Positions 17,180 to 26,794 of a DNA stretch of 30,856 nt are shown piece after piece. This DNA is from Pseudomonadota bacterium. Its GTDB lineage: Bacteria > Bdellovibrionota > Bdellovibrionia > Bdellovibrionales > SG-bin7. Position 1 is the stretch's first letter, and every line of letters begins with the position of its first letter. The position numbers were made by a program, and so were the translations under genes. The stretch spans positions 1 to 30,856 of the forward strand of contig JAWXAY010000028.1 of assembly GCA_034439715.1 (NCBI GenBank), in the 5' to 3' direction. The notes below the pieces were generated by a model. That model was given only the letters and a program-made list of their open reading frames with translations, searched no databases and was not told the DNA's origin.

Positions 17180-18279
17180 TAGATCCCTCCCAACACACGA
17201 CTGCGTGCCGCCGCGATCTGTCGCTCTTTATATTTATCATGGGCACTGGGACCTGAAAGTGTTTGTAGATAGGTCTCTTGACTCATAATTTGCACTTCAT
17301 AAGGATAGTAAAAACTCAAGTGTCGCTGGGCCTTCTCGAGAATATTCTCGATCGTGATACGCCGACGGTTAATAAATTTGATCGCACGATAATTTTCGCC
17401 AGAAAAAATATTTTCGCGCTCTTTATATTCAGCTCTGGTCATTTCATTTTCCAATTTTTCGTGCAAGTCTTTATCCACAGAATCGCTGTTTAAATCGCGA
17501 CCAGATTTTTTGACTTCATCTAAATATTCGAAAAAAAGATTTACGGGATAAACGGTGTTTCTGGCTTCGGTAATCACGTTATTAGGAAAACTCACCAAGT
17601 GTTCTTCTATTAAAAATCGCACCACTCGGAAAGAGTCAAAGATCCCTTTAGTGACAAAGCGAATCCCCACTCTATCCATTATAAATGGAGCCACATACTC
17701 ACGCTTAGCCAGCAGTTTAACAACTGCACTGGTAGAGGTTTTTAGCGGTTTCACATCGAAGCGAACCAACTTTATTTGATCTTTGTCAGCCTCCCGACCG
17801 AGTGTCACACCCCCGACACCCGAGATCTCAACAAGCCGTTCTTTAAAGGGTCGTAAAATCTGTAATTGCATTTGCTCGATAAAATGCGAACTCAAATCAT
17901 TTTTTAGATGCACGAGAACATGCATAATTCTTAAAATAGCACATGACCATTTTTGAAAAACATTATCGCCTTCGCTCATTGTACTCGAATAAATAAGCAG
18001 GTAACCGATGTGTCCAAGTCGGTTGGGATCTAATAAGACCTCGGGTAGGTCTTTGGCATTAACCTTAAAAACATCCTTTAGCATAGTCACCGCTTGGCGA
18101 TGAAAAGACCAAATTTGTTCTCTGTCCTTATCCTCATCCCAGTTATAACCATAGGTGCGAATAAACTCATTAGCTTCTTCGAGAGTGTGAATATTAAGGC
18201 GAGGTATGTCGATGGCAGAGATGCCACCTAAAACGACATCAAAGGCTTGGCGGGGGAAGTCATATTTACTAGACGACAT
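17179..18279 (-). CDS. TIGR04552/TIGR04562-like protein with RelA/SpoT-type nucleotidyltransferase motifs
   Basis: Motifs KTSTSAVVKL, DRVGIRFV, YRAIKF, YEVQIM, HDKYK. Family name recalled from memory, not searched. TAGTG overlap with plsC. Confidence 0.7.
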   Translation of the reverse strand: MSSSKYDFPRQAFDVVLGGISAIDIPRLNIHTLEEANEFIRTYGYNWDEDKDREQIWSFHRQAVTMLKDVFKVNAKDLPEVLLDPNRLGHIGYLLIYSSTMSEGDNVFQKWSCAILRIMHVLVHLKNDLSSHFIEQMQLQILRPFKERLVEISGVGGVTLGREADKDQIKLVRFDVKPLKTSTSAVVKLLAKREYVAPFIMDRVGIRFVTKGIFDSFRVVRFLIEEHLVSFPNNVITEARNTVYPVNLFFEYLDEVKKSGRDLNSDSVDKDLHEKLENEMTRAEYKERENIFSGENYRAIKFINRRRITIENILEKAQRHLSFYYPYEVQIMSQETYLQTLSGPSAHDKYKERQIAAARSRVLGGI

Positions 18280-18305
18280 CCCTTAGATGATTAGTCTTAA
18301 TCAGC

Positions 18306-18983
18306 TTAATTGCAAATGAAAAAGTCGCAAGCAACAATTGAGAATTTTCCGAGCTGTTGGTAGCCCTTGGGCAGTCCAGGATCAGCAGAAACCCAGTTCT
18401 GATAAAATACGCTTCCTTCAAATCTGGCGCCCATGACGTTACCAATAAATTGAATATTCCCGTAGTTATCTGAAAAAGTGAGGTTCACGTTTAAACCATT
18501 TGACTGGCTTGAAGCGCCAATCATATCGATGGGGTATTCAGGAATAATTTTACCATCTCTATCGCTTGTTCCCGCTAAAGAATCCCAAACCACCAATCGA
18601 AGTGAAGCCGTGGCTAGATCGATATTAGTGATGGCGCCACTGGTAACAGTTGCCTTGACCGCGCCTTGAAACATCACTCCTGTTTTTTGTCCCGCGAGGG
18701 GATCAACTGTTCCCATTTCGCTCAGCGGGACTGTTGCTGACATAAGGCCTTGCACCTGTGTGTTAAAAAAGCCATGTTGCCATGTAGGTTCTGAAGTAAC
18801 ATAACCCCATTGACCAGAGTTGTTTAAGTTAAGCTGCCCAACCATACCTTGTGCGATATTGGTATAAGCGCTCTGGCCTCTGGCCAAACGTTGAGTCAGG
18901 GTCTGTCTTTTGTTTGACTTTGAACAGGCCGCGCCCAAAAACAGAGTCAATAATAGTGTCGAAAAGCAAAGCACCTTTTTCAT
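18306..18983 (-). CDS. Hypothetical lipoprotein
   Basis: Lipobox in MKKVLCFSTLLLTLFLGAAC; AAGGAG RBS before ATG 18983. The longer start at 19022 lies inside the sigma54 promoter. Confidence 0.82.
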   Translation of the reverse strand: MKKVLCFSTLLLTLFLGAACSKSNKRQTLTQRLARGQSAYTNIAQGMVGQLNLNNSGQWGYVTSEPTWQHGFFNTQVQGLMSATVPLSEMGTVDPLAGQKTGVMFQGAVKATVTSGAITNIDLATASLRLVVWDSLAGTSDRDGKIIPEYPIDMIGASSQSNGLNVNLTFSDNYGNIQFIGNVMGARFEGSVFYQNWVSADPGLPKGYQQLGKFSIVACDFFICN

Positions 18984-19010
18984 GATAAACTCCTTGATGT
19001 CCTTACTTAT

Positions 19011-19026
19011 CGCAAGCGCCATGCCT
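19011..19026 (-). promoter_or_regulatory. sigma54 promoter for the lipoprotein
   Basis: Minus strand AGGCATGGCGCTTGCG (GG-N10-GC, TTGC); predicted +1 near 19000, just upstream of the RBS. Confidence 0.7.
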
Positions 19027-19132
19027 ATAGATTCAGGCCCTAATACAATACATTAGATTTAATGCTAGTCTTTTAGGGGAATTACCACGGGGAGACCCAT
19101 TTAGCGGCTCAGTGGCTAAACTGTCGACAGGT

Positions 19133-19154
19133 CTAATAGAATCCTAACAATATC
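19133..19154 (+). promoter_or_regulatory. Candidate Pho box (11-bp tandem repeat) upstream of pstC
   Basis: CTAATAGAATC / CTAACAATATC, 8/11 identical with an 11-bp period typical of PhoB/PhoP sites; 18 nt before pstC. Confidence 0.45.
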
Positions 19155-19172
19155 CAGATACCCTCAGGTACG

Positions 19173-20057
19173 ATGCTCAAAAAACTCAACGCCGACAGCT
19201 TTGTTAAGTGGGCCCTTTATTCTACCCTTTTAATTTCCGCATTTACTACCCTAGCGGTCGTGTTTGTGATTGGCCGTGAGTCCTTTAATTTTTTCTCGCA
19301 GGTAGGAATATTAGAATTTATTTCTGGCACGCGCTGGGAGCCGCTACTTGATCCTAAATCGTTTGGCGTATTGCCTCTCGTTTGCGGCACGGCGCTTGTT
19401 GTCTTTGGCTCAGCACTTATTGCCTTACCAATGGGTATCGCCGTAGCCATTTTTCTAAATGAATTTGCTGGCAAAAAACTGCGCCGAATTATCAAGCCGA
19501 TTTTAGAAATTCTCGCGGGTATTCCGACAGTCGTGTTTGGTTATTTTGCACTAACTTTCATTACACCCGTTTTAAAATCCGTATTTCCATCGATCCAAGT
19601 TTTTAATGCTTTAAGCGGAGCCATCGTCGTTGGCATTATGATTTTACCAATGATCGCCTCTTTAACTGACGATGCCTTACGAGACTTACCTAATACTTTA
19701 CGTGAAGGAGCCTACGCCCTAGGTGCAACCCACTTTGAAACCATTACTCAGATATTAATTCCGGCAAGTTTAGCGCGCATTGGGGCAGTAACAATTTTAG
19801 CCATCTCGCGCGCGATTGGCGAAACCATGGCCGTGACTTTAGCCGCTGGCGCTACGCCAAACATTACGCTTAATTTCTCTGAGAGTATTCAGACGCTGAC
19901 AGCCTATATTGTTCAAGTAAGCCTCGGAGACGTGCAACAAGGCGGAATCGAATATTTGACCTGTTATGCCGTCGGTGGACTCTTGTTTGTGATGACTTTT
20001 ACTTTAAATGTCATGGGACATAAATTGATTTCTCGTGCCCGAATGGTTCAATTATGA
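19173..20057 (+). CDS. pstC: Phosphate ABC transporter permease
   Basis: EILAGIPTVVFG, LREGAYALGAT, SRAIGETMAV. Confidence 0.95.
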   Translation: MLKKLNADSFVKWALYSTLLISAFTTLAVVFVIGRESFNFFSQVGILEFISGTRWEPLLDPKSFGVLPLVCGTALVVFGSALIALPMGIAVAIFLNEFAGKKLRRIIKPILEILAGIPTVVFGYFALTFITPVLKSVFPSIQVFNALSGAIVVGIMILPMIASLTDDALRDLPNTLREGAYALGATHFETITQILIPASLARIGAVTILAISRAIGETMAVTLAAGATPNITLNFSESIQTLTAYIVQVSLGDVQQGGIEYLTCYAVGGLLFVMTFTLNVMGHKLISRARMVQL

Positions 20058-20899
20058 ATCACCGACACCTCAAAAATTCAATATTTAAATACACCTGTAT
20101 ATTGGTCGTCATCCTTTCAATTGCCATATTGGGAATTTTAATTGGGCAAATTATTCAACAAGGCCATTCATGGGTTACTATGGATTTTTTAAAGAACTTT
20201 CCTTCACGTCTGCCAAGTCGCGCGGGAATTAAAGCCGGTCTTTGGGGTACACTCTGGCTTTTAGGGCTGACCGCACTCCTCGCAATTCCTATCGGAATAT
20301 TTTCAGCGGTTGCACTTGAAGAATATATGAGAGAATCGAAAATTAAAAAGTGGTTACAGATTAATGTTTCAAATCTTGCAGGGCTACCCTCCATTGTTTA
20401 CGGTCTATTGGGCTTATCTATTTTTGTCAGAGGACTCGGCATGGGACGAAGTCTGTGGGCCGGCAGTCTCACCATGGCACTTCTTGTTCTACCCGTGATT
20501 ATAATTGCATCTCAAGAATCGATTCGAGCTGTTCCCAAAACTATTCGTGAAGCTGCCTACGCGCTTGGGGCCAGGAAATGGCAAGTTGTATTTATGCAGG
20601 TCCTCCCGGCCTCTGTACCTGGAATTATGACCGGCATCATTTTAGCCCTTTCGCGAGTGGCTGGAGAATCAGCGCCATTGATAGTCATAGGAGCGCTAAC
20701 GTTTGTGAACTTTGTTCCGCAAGGACCCAGCGATTCATTTAGCGCGCTCCCCATCCAAATTTTTAACTGGTCATCTCGCCCGCAAGAGGAGTTTCATGGA
20801 CTCGCTGCCGGCGCAATTATAGTCTTGCTCGGAATTTTGTTTTCACTTAATCTCGTTGCAGTTTTTATTCGCGAACGCTACCAGAGGTATCGAACATGA
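20054..20899 (+). CDS. pstA: Phosphate ABC transporter permease
   Basis: [32 protein letters not shown] overlap with pstC. Confidence 0.95.
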   Translation: MNHRHLKNSIFKYTCILVVILSIAILGILIGQIIQQGHSWVTMDFLKNFPSRLPSRAGIKAGLWGTLWLLGLTALLAIPIGIFSAVALEEYMRESKIKKWLQINVSNLAGLPSIVYGLLGLSIFVRGLGMGRSLWAGSLTMALLVLPVIIIASQESIRAVPKTIREAAYALGARKWQVVFMQVLPASVPGIMTGIILALSRVAGESAPLIVIGALTFVNFVPQGPSDSFSALPIQIFNWSSRPQEEFHGLAAGAIIVLLGILFSLNLVAVFIRERYQRYRT

Positions 20900-21663
20900 G
20901 TATTAAAGATACGTCAAATCATGCGTTTAACATACAATCTTTAAGTGTTTTCTATGGCCCCAAAGAAGCTGTAAAAAACGTCAGCTTTAAGATCCAAGAG
21001 AAAATGGTAACAGCAGTCATTGGCCCCTCAGGTTGTGGTAAAAGTACTCTCTTAAGATGCCTTAACCGCATGAATGATTTTATATTGGGTCTCAAAGTCG
21101 AGGGTAAAATATTTTACCGCGACGAAAATCTCTACGCGCCTAAAGTTGATGCCGCAAGCATTCGCCGTAAAATTGGGATGGTTTTTCAAAAACCCAATCC
21201 CTTTCCTAAGTCCATCACTAAAAATATTTCTTGGGGTCCTAAAGTCAATGGCTTTACCGGCGACATAAATGAATTGATTGAAACTTCTCTGAGGCGCGCG
21301 GCCTTATGGGATGAAGTTAAGGATCGCTTGAATGACAGTGCCCTCACCCTTTCTGGCGGTCAACAGCAGAGGCTTTGCATCGCAAGGGCGATTGCTATGA
21401 ACCCCGAAGTGATTTTAATGGATGAGCCCTGTTCGGCCCTTGATCCCAATGCCACTTCTCGTATTGAAACTTTAATTCATGAGTTAAAAAATCGTTTCAC
21501 AATCATTATCGTAACTCACAATATGCAACAGGCCGCGCGAGTTTCTGACGAAACCGCATTCTTTTACGAAGGCGCCCTTGTAGAATTCGGTGAAACTGAT
21601 AGAATATTTACGAACCCTCGTGAAAAACGCACGGAGGACTACATTACCGGCCGGTTTGGATAG
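20896..21663 (+). CDS. pstB: Phosphate ABC transporter ATPase
   Basis: [55 protein letters not shown]. Confidence 0.97.
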   Translation: MSIKDTSNHAFNIQSLSVFYGPKEAVKNVSFKIQEKMVTAVIGPSGCGKSTLLRCLNRMNDFILGLKVEGKIFYRDENLYAPKVDAASIRRKIGMVFQKPNPFPKSITKNISWGPKVNGFTGDINELIETSLRRAALWDEVKDRLNDSALTLSGGQQQRLCIARAIAMNPEVILMDEPCSALDPNATSRIETLIHELKNRFTIIIVTHNMQQAARVSDETAFFYEGALVEFGETDRIFTNPREKRTEDYITGRFG

Positions 21664-21692
21664 GGCTGGAAAAAGTGGAATAAGGAAGCACA

Positions 21693-22355
21693 ATGGCAAA
21701 TCACTTACGCTCAGAATTAGAAAGATTGAAAAACGAATTATTGGATTTAAGCACCCAGGTGCATGGGGCTCTCAACAAGGCTGTTTTATCTGTAAAAAAT
21801 CTTGATCAAAATATTGCCCGTGAAGTCATTGAGCAAGATAACATCATTGATCAGGCCGAAGTTGAGGTTGAAGAAGACTGTTTAAAGATCCTCGCGCTCC
21901 ACCAACCTGTGGCCAATGATTTGCGATTTGTTGTGGCCAGTTTTAAAATCAATAGTGACCTCGAACGAATTGGCGACCTGGCAGTCAACATTTCTGAACG
22001 TACCATTTATTTGGGCAAGGGCCCGCCCGTAAAAGTACCTTTTGATTTTGGTAAAATGTCAGAAAAGGTTTCGATTATGCTCAAACGCGCTATCGATGCC
22101 TTTGTAAATCAAGATGTGAAATTAGCTCACACCATTTGGCAGTCTGACGATGAGGTGGATCAAATAAATTCTGAGATGTACGATTGCGTTTACAACGAGA
22201 TCAGACGCTCGCCGAATGATGTTGAAGGCCTAATTCATTATCTTTCAATATCTAGACACTTAGAGCGAATTGGGGATTACGCCACCAATATTTGTGAAGA
22301 TGTTATATATATGGTCGAAGGTAAGATCGTGCGCCATAATCCAGAGAAATTTTAA
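21693..22355 (+). CDS. phoU: Phosphate signalling protein PhoU
   Basis: QPVANDLR, DLERIGD, HLERIGDYATNICE. Confidence 0.96.
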   Translation: MANHLRSELERLKNELLDLSTQVHGALNKAVLSVKNLDQNIAREVIEQDNIIDQAEVEVEEDCLKILALHQPVANDLRFVVASFKINSDLERIGDLAVNISERTIYLGKGPPVKVPFDFGKMSEKVSIMLKRAIDAFVNQDVKLAHTIWQSDDEVDQINSEMYDCVYNEIRRSPNDVEGLIHYLSISRHLERIGDYATNICEDVIYMVEGKIVRHNPEKF

Positions 22356-23623
22356 AAACCCTTCCAGCAATCTAAATATTTTTTATCTCTAAATTCAGAG
22401 TTTAGAGCAATCTCGGTCGGATGATAAACCATGTATGACTCAAACATAAAGGCCATTGTGTTGGTAATTTTTTGAGGTTTGAGTTCGGCAAGACTTGCCG
22501 CCTCATATGTTATTTTATCGGGCCCATGCGGCTGCATGCAATTGTGTAAGCTGGCGCCCCCTGGCAAAAACCCGTCCGCCTTGGCATCGTACTCGCCATG
22601 AATCAGTCCCATAAACTCACTCATAATATTACGATGAAAATAAGGCGGCCTAAAAGTATGCTCGGCCACCATCCAACGTGGTGGAAAAATCACAAAATCA
22701 ATATTGGCAGTTCCTGGTTTATATGAGGGAGAGGTCAGCACTGTAAAAATAGACGGATCGGGGTGATCGTAGCTGACTGTATTTATAACTTGAAAGTTTC
22801 GTAAATCATATTTGTAGGGAACGTAATTGCCATGCCAGGCCACCACATCAAGCGGTGAGCGCTCTATTGCTGACGTCCAGACATGGCCCTGAAATTTACA
22901 AAGGAGTTCAAAGGAGCCTTTTTTGTCTTCATAATGCGCGCCAGGAATTTTAAAATCTCTGGCATTAGCTAAACCATTGGCTCCAATTGGTCCTAAATTG
23001 GGAAGTACGAATGGCGCGCCATAATTTTCTCCGATGTATCCCCGCGCGCTGCCTTTTATCTCAACTTGAAATTTAATACCACGTGGAATCACGCATATCT
23101 CGTAAGGAGTGACGTCGAGAACACCACATTCGGTTTTTATTTTAACGTCACCTTGTTGAGGCACTAGCAACATTTCGCCATCAGAATTATAAAAATATCT
23201 ATTTTCCATCGACTTGTTACAGGCGTAAAAGTGAAGGGCACAGCCTGATTGGTTGGTCACGCCATTTCCGGCCATGGTGATAATACTATCTATAAAGTCA
23301 ATTGGTCTGCTAGGAATTGGTAAGGGGTTCCAACGCAGTTGGGTGGGAGGTGTCGGAATTTTATCAAAGGGCGCACTTTTTAGCGTCCTGTGTTCATATA
23401 TCTTAAAATCATTATGTAACGCAATAGAGGGCCTTAAGCGATAAAACCAAACTTTTTGATTCTCAGAACGAACTGCTGTAAAAGAAGTTCCATTTAACTG
23501 TTCGGCGTAAAGCCCGCGCGCAGGTTTTTGCGGCATGCTCTGGCCAATAGGCAAAGCACCTTTTTCGGCTTCTGTTTCAAAGTAGTTACCAAATCCCGAC
23601 TGATACGATAAATTATTTTCCAT
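22352..23623 (-). CDS. hmgA: Homogentisate 1,2-dioxygenase
   Basis: YQSGFGN, LYAEQL, GPIGANGLAN, DHPDPSIFTVLT; Fe ligands in FHRNIMSEF and PHGPD. Confidence 0.96.
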   Translation of the reverse strand: MENNLSYQSGFGNYFETEAEKGALPIGQSMPQKPARGLYAEQLNGTSFTAVRSENQKVWFYRLRPSIALHNDFKIYEHRTLKSAPFDKIPTPPTQLRWNPLPIPSRPIDFIDSIITMAGNGVTNQSGCALHFYACNKSMENRYFYNSDGEMLLVPQQGDVKIKTECGVLDVTPYEICVIPRGIKFQVEIKGSARGYIGENYGAPFVLPNLGPIGANGLANARDFKIPGAHYEDKKGSFELLCKFQGHVWTSAIERSPLDVVAWHGNYVPYKYDLRNFQVINTVSYDHPDPSIFTVLTSPSYKPGTANIDFVIFPPRWMVAEHTFRPPYFHRNIMSEFMGLIHGEYDAKADGFLPGGASLHNCMQPHGPDKITYEAASLAELKPQKITNTMAFMFESYMVYHPTEIALNSEFRDKKYLDCWKGF

Positions 23624-23629
23624 ATCACT

Positions 23630-24334
23630 TCATTTCTTTAGTTGATTAGACACACCTTTGATTTTTTCTTCAATCTCTTTGGCATCACCTAAGTAACGAT
23701 GACTTTTAATTTTCAAACTACCGGGGTCAACTTCGTAAGCTAAAGGCACACCGGTGGGAATATTGAGTTCAACGATGTCTTTTTCTGAAACATTATCTAA
23801 ATATTTTACCAGCGCTCGAATACTATTTCCGTGAGCAACCACCAAAACTTTTTTACCCTCTTTAAGTTTTGGCGCAATCTCATCAAACCAAAGGGGCATA
23901 AACCGCGCTTCAGTGTCCTTGAGCGACTCTGATTTTGGCTCATCCTTTTTTGCGTCCATTTTAGGTGGCGGAGGAATGTCGTAACTCCGACGCCAAATTT
24001 TTACTTGGTCTTCACCATATTTTTTAACGGTCTCCGACTTATCAAGTCCTTGCAAAGCTCCATAATGGCGTTCGTTGAGTCGCCAGCTATGTGTTTGCGG
24101 AAGTCCCATTTGATCGAGAACATCTAAAACATGCCACATGGTGCGAATGGCGCGTTTAAGAACAGAAGTAAATACAACATCAAAGTGAAAGCCTTCTTTT
24201 TTTAAGATCAGCCCTGCGGCTTTAGCCTCAACTTTACCTAGTTCAGATAGATCAACGTCGACCCAGCCGGTAAATCGATTTTCTTTATTCCATTCGCTTT
24301 GACCGTGCCGAAGCAGCACGAGATTTTCTCTCAT
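23630..24334 (-). CDS. gpmA: 2,3-bisphosphoglycerate-dependent phosphoglycerate mutase
   Basis: [31 protein letters not shown] 24334 preferred; GTG 24343 possible. Confidence 0.95.
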   Translation of the reverse strand: MRENLVLLRHGQSEWNKENRFTGWVDVDLSELGKVEAKAAGLILKKEGFHFDVVFTSVLKRAIRTMWHVLDVLDQMGLPQTHSWRLNERHYGALQGLDKSETVKKYGEDQVKIWRRSYDIPPPPKMDAKKDEPKSESLKDTEARFMPLWFDEIAPKLKEGKKVLVVAHGNSIRALVKYLDNVSEKDIVELNIPTGVPLAYEVDPGSLKIKSHRYLGDAKEIEEKIKGVSNQLKK

Positions 24335-24392
24335 CAAACCCACTCAATTATTGATAATCACTTAAGATTCTTATTCAAGATAAAGACCCCTG

Positions 24393-24410
24393 TCTAGAGT
24401 TTTCTCTAGA
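24393..24410. promoter_or_regulatory. Perfect inverted repeat in a divergent intergenic region (candidate operator)
   Basis: TCTAGAG-TTTT-CTCTAGA between gpmA and the dikinase gene. Confidence 0.35.
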
Positions 24411-24445
24411 GATTTTTGGCAAACTCTGCTAATTAGAGGCAGTAT

Positions 24446-26794
24446 ATGGAGCATGAAACCTTGAACACGCCTAACTTACCAGAAAAACTCCCTTACTTTA
24501 CTTTTCCAATGGTCGCTGCTCAAAACCTAAGAAATGTAGGTGGCAAGGCCTTTAACCTAGCACTATTAAGCCGACAAGACCTACCTGTTCCGACTGCCAT
24601 CGTGCTTATGAAAAAACCAGAAAATTCCCTGGATTGGTCCAAAGTTTTTAATTGGTGGAGAACTCAAAACAATCAGCCCCTCGCCGTCAGGAGTTCCGCC
24701 AAAGACGAAGATTCCAGTGACCTAAGTTTTGCGGGACAACAGACAACTTTTCTGAATGTTCTCACTGAAGAATCCCTAAAAAATGCTGTAGAGAACTGTT
24801 TTGCCTCGATTCATCGAGAGGCCAGTCGCGCTTACCGAGATTTTTTTAAAAAGAAAAATCTTTCGTTAGAAATGAATGTCGTTTTGCAAGTCATGGTTAA
24901 CGCCAAATTTGCAGGAGTTTATTTTTCAAAAGACCCGCGAGGTAAAGTCCCGACTTGGATTGTTGAAAGTATAGAGGGCCTAGGCGAAGATTTAGTTTCA
25001 GGAAGAAAAAACCCCGCGAGATTTAACGAAACCACAATTGTCGACAAGCAACTTCCGGGATTTACTAGTGAGCATTTAAAAAAAGTTGTCGAAATGGGCA
25101 ATCGTATTCGAGATATTCTTAATTTTGAAGTCGACACCGAATGGGCCTTTGATCAAGCTGATAATTTTTGGTTACTTCAGGCTCGACCTGTGACAGCGCT
25201 TCACAGCCACTCCAATCAGCAAAAAGAAATCGAAAAAGAGTTAAAACGCCTCAGAAAAAAACATCCCAGAAACGTCATTTGGGATGGTCAAACGTTTTCA
25301 GAATGGACCGGATTTCCCAGTTACTTAACTTTTAGTATTTGGAAAAACGCCTTTGCACCCGAAGGTGCTTTCTCTAAGGCTCTACAGCGCATTGGCTATT
25401 TGGGGTTTACGAGTCACTCTTTTTCTCCCAAAGACACACTCCTCGAACGCGTATTCGGTCGAGCCTACGTCAATTTAAGCTTGCTTGAACCTCTGTTTTT
25501 TGGTCCCACTCCCTACAGCATCATACCCATTCCTCGGCCCCATTTAAAATTCAATTGGCGAAAAATCAACTTTACTACTATCTTGCGCACCCCCCAAGCT
25601 ATGTACCGAATGGCGCTCGTGGCATGGCGGCTACAAAGCGAACGACGAGGTTTTTTAAATCGCTGTGCCTCAGAACTTGCTAAATTTCGAAATGACTTTG
25701 CTCGGCCCGTAGATCCCGATTTTTTTAAGGATTGGGAAAACGACCGCCTCGTTAAGCATTTTAGCGAAGAGGCCAAAAAGTTTTCTACCGAGCATCTAGA
25801 ATGGCCTTTTGTTTTAATAATTCTTGCCGAGGCCACCTTACAAACCTTGCAGGCAATGCTCAAGCGAATTTATGGCGCCAAAGGCGCCGAACAAGAACTG
25901 CAGAAATGGCTCGGCATGGGACTACAGACCCTGACTGTGAAAATGAATACTGAGTACCGCGAAGCCAGTGGTCATCCTGAACAAAGAAGCTTTTTCATGA
26001 ATCGCTATGGGCACAGGGGACCCGGCGAACTCGATTTATCTCACCCGCGTTGGGTTGAGCTTGGCGACCGAGCCTTTGGCAAGACATCAACAGGTTTTCA
26101 ACTAAAATATGAGGATGTAGAAGCAGAAATCAATAAACTGGGCCGCTTTCAAAAGCCCATCATTCTACAAGAGTGGCGCTTTTTAAAAAAAATGTTAGAA
26201 CTGCGGGAACAATGGAAAATGGAAATTATGCGGCCCTATGCCCACATGCGCTGGATGGCGCTTGAGATTGGCAAACGGCTTGGCATCGGTGAAGAAGTTT
26301 TTTGGCTGCGACTTACTGAAATTTTGAAATGTAAAAATTTTGCAACCTACGCCAATAAAGTAAATGATCGAAAACAGAGATTCAATTCCTTCAGAAAAAT
26401 ATCGTTTCCGGTTGTCGTGGGTCTTGATGAGCTTGAAGAAATCCTTTCTGGCAAGGACACCACTAATCGCGGCGCTCTTGAAGGCGAGGGGCTTTCTCCG
26501 GGGCTGGCCTTTGGCGAAGTCCGCGTGGTTGTGGATCCCGAGAAAGAGAATGTGAGCGAGTGGCCTGATAACGTCATCTTAGTGGCAGAGGCTACCGATC
26601 CTGGTTGGACGCCACTCTTTCAACACGCCAAAGCCGTAGTGGTTGAAAAAGGGGGAGTACTTTCACATTGCGCGATAGTCGCACGTGAAATGGGAATTCC
26701 GGCTGTCAGCCAAATTCAAAAGTGTCATTTACGATTAAAGAATGGTGATCAAGTATGGGTGGATGGAAGTAATGGGCGCATTGTTTTGGCTTAG
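24446..26794 (+). CDS. PEP-utilizer-family dikinase with rifampin phosphotransferase/PigC domain order
   Basis: ATP-grasp motifs (VGGKA, AVRSSAKDED, SFAGQ, GLGEDLVSG, EWAFD, LQARPVT); central helical domain with YGHRGPGELDL; C-terminal phospho-His domain (TDPGWTPLF, GGVLSHCAIVARE). No PEP/pyruvate TIM barrel. Confidence 0.88.
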   Translation: MEHETLNTPNLPEKLPYFTFPMVAAQNLRNVGGKAFNLALLSRQDLPVPTAIVLMKKPENSLDWSKVFNWWRTQNNQPLAVRSSAKDEDSSDLSFAGQQTTFLNVLTEESLKNAVENCFASIHREASRAYRDFFKKKNLSLEMNVVLQVMVNAKFAGVYFSKDPRGKVPTWIVESIEGLGEDLVSGRKNPARFNETTIVDKQLPGFTSEHLKKVVEMGNRIRDILNFEVDTEWAFDQADNFWLLQARPVTALHSHSNQQKEIEKELKRLRKKHPRNVIWDGQTFSEWTGFPSYLTFSIWKNAFAPEGAFSKALQRIGYLGFTSHSFSPKDTLLERVFGRAYVNLSLLEPLFFGPTPYSIIPIPRPHLKFNWRKINFTTILRTPQAMYRMALVAWRLQSERRGFLNRCASELAKFRNDFARPVDPDFFKDWENDRLVKHFSEEAKKFSTEHLEWPFVLIILAEATLQTLQAMLKRIYGAKGAEQELQKWLGMGLQTLTVKMNTEYREASGHPEQRSFFMNRYGHRGPGELDLSHPRWVELGDRAFGKTSTGFQLKYEDVEAEINKLGRFQKPIILQEWRFLKKMLELREQWKMEIMRPYAHMRWMALEIGKRLGIGEEVFWLRLTEILKCKNFATYANKVNDRKQRFNSFRKISFPVVVGLDELEEILSGKDTTNRGALEGEGLSPGLAFGEVRVVVDPEKENVSEWPDNVILVAEATDPGWTPLFQHAKAVVVEKGGVLSHCAIVAREMGIPAVSQIQKCHLRLKNGDQVWVDGSNGRIVLA

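Noticed and set aside
17471..17479. DnaA box TTATCCACA
   Set aside because: Single copy inside a CDS. The AT-rich spacer at 8206-8495 has no DnaA boxes either, so no oriC call.
22352..22355. 4-nt convergent stop overlap of phoU and hmgA, with a slightly short HmgA C-terminus
   Set aside because: Common in compact genomes; all Fe ligands are present, so not a pseudogene.
24417..24430. TGGCAAACTCTGCT as a sigma54 promoter for the dikinase
   Set aside because: GG-to-GC spacing is 8 nt, not the required 10.
24446..26794. Annotation as ppsA/PPDK because it is next to gpmA
   Set aside because: The His domain is C-terminal and the PEP/pyruvate-binding TIM barrel is absent.
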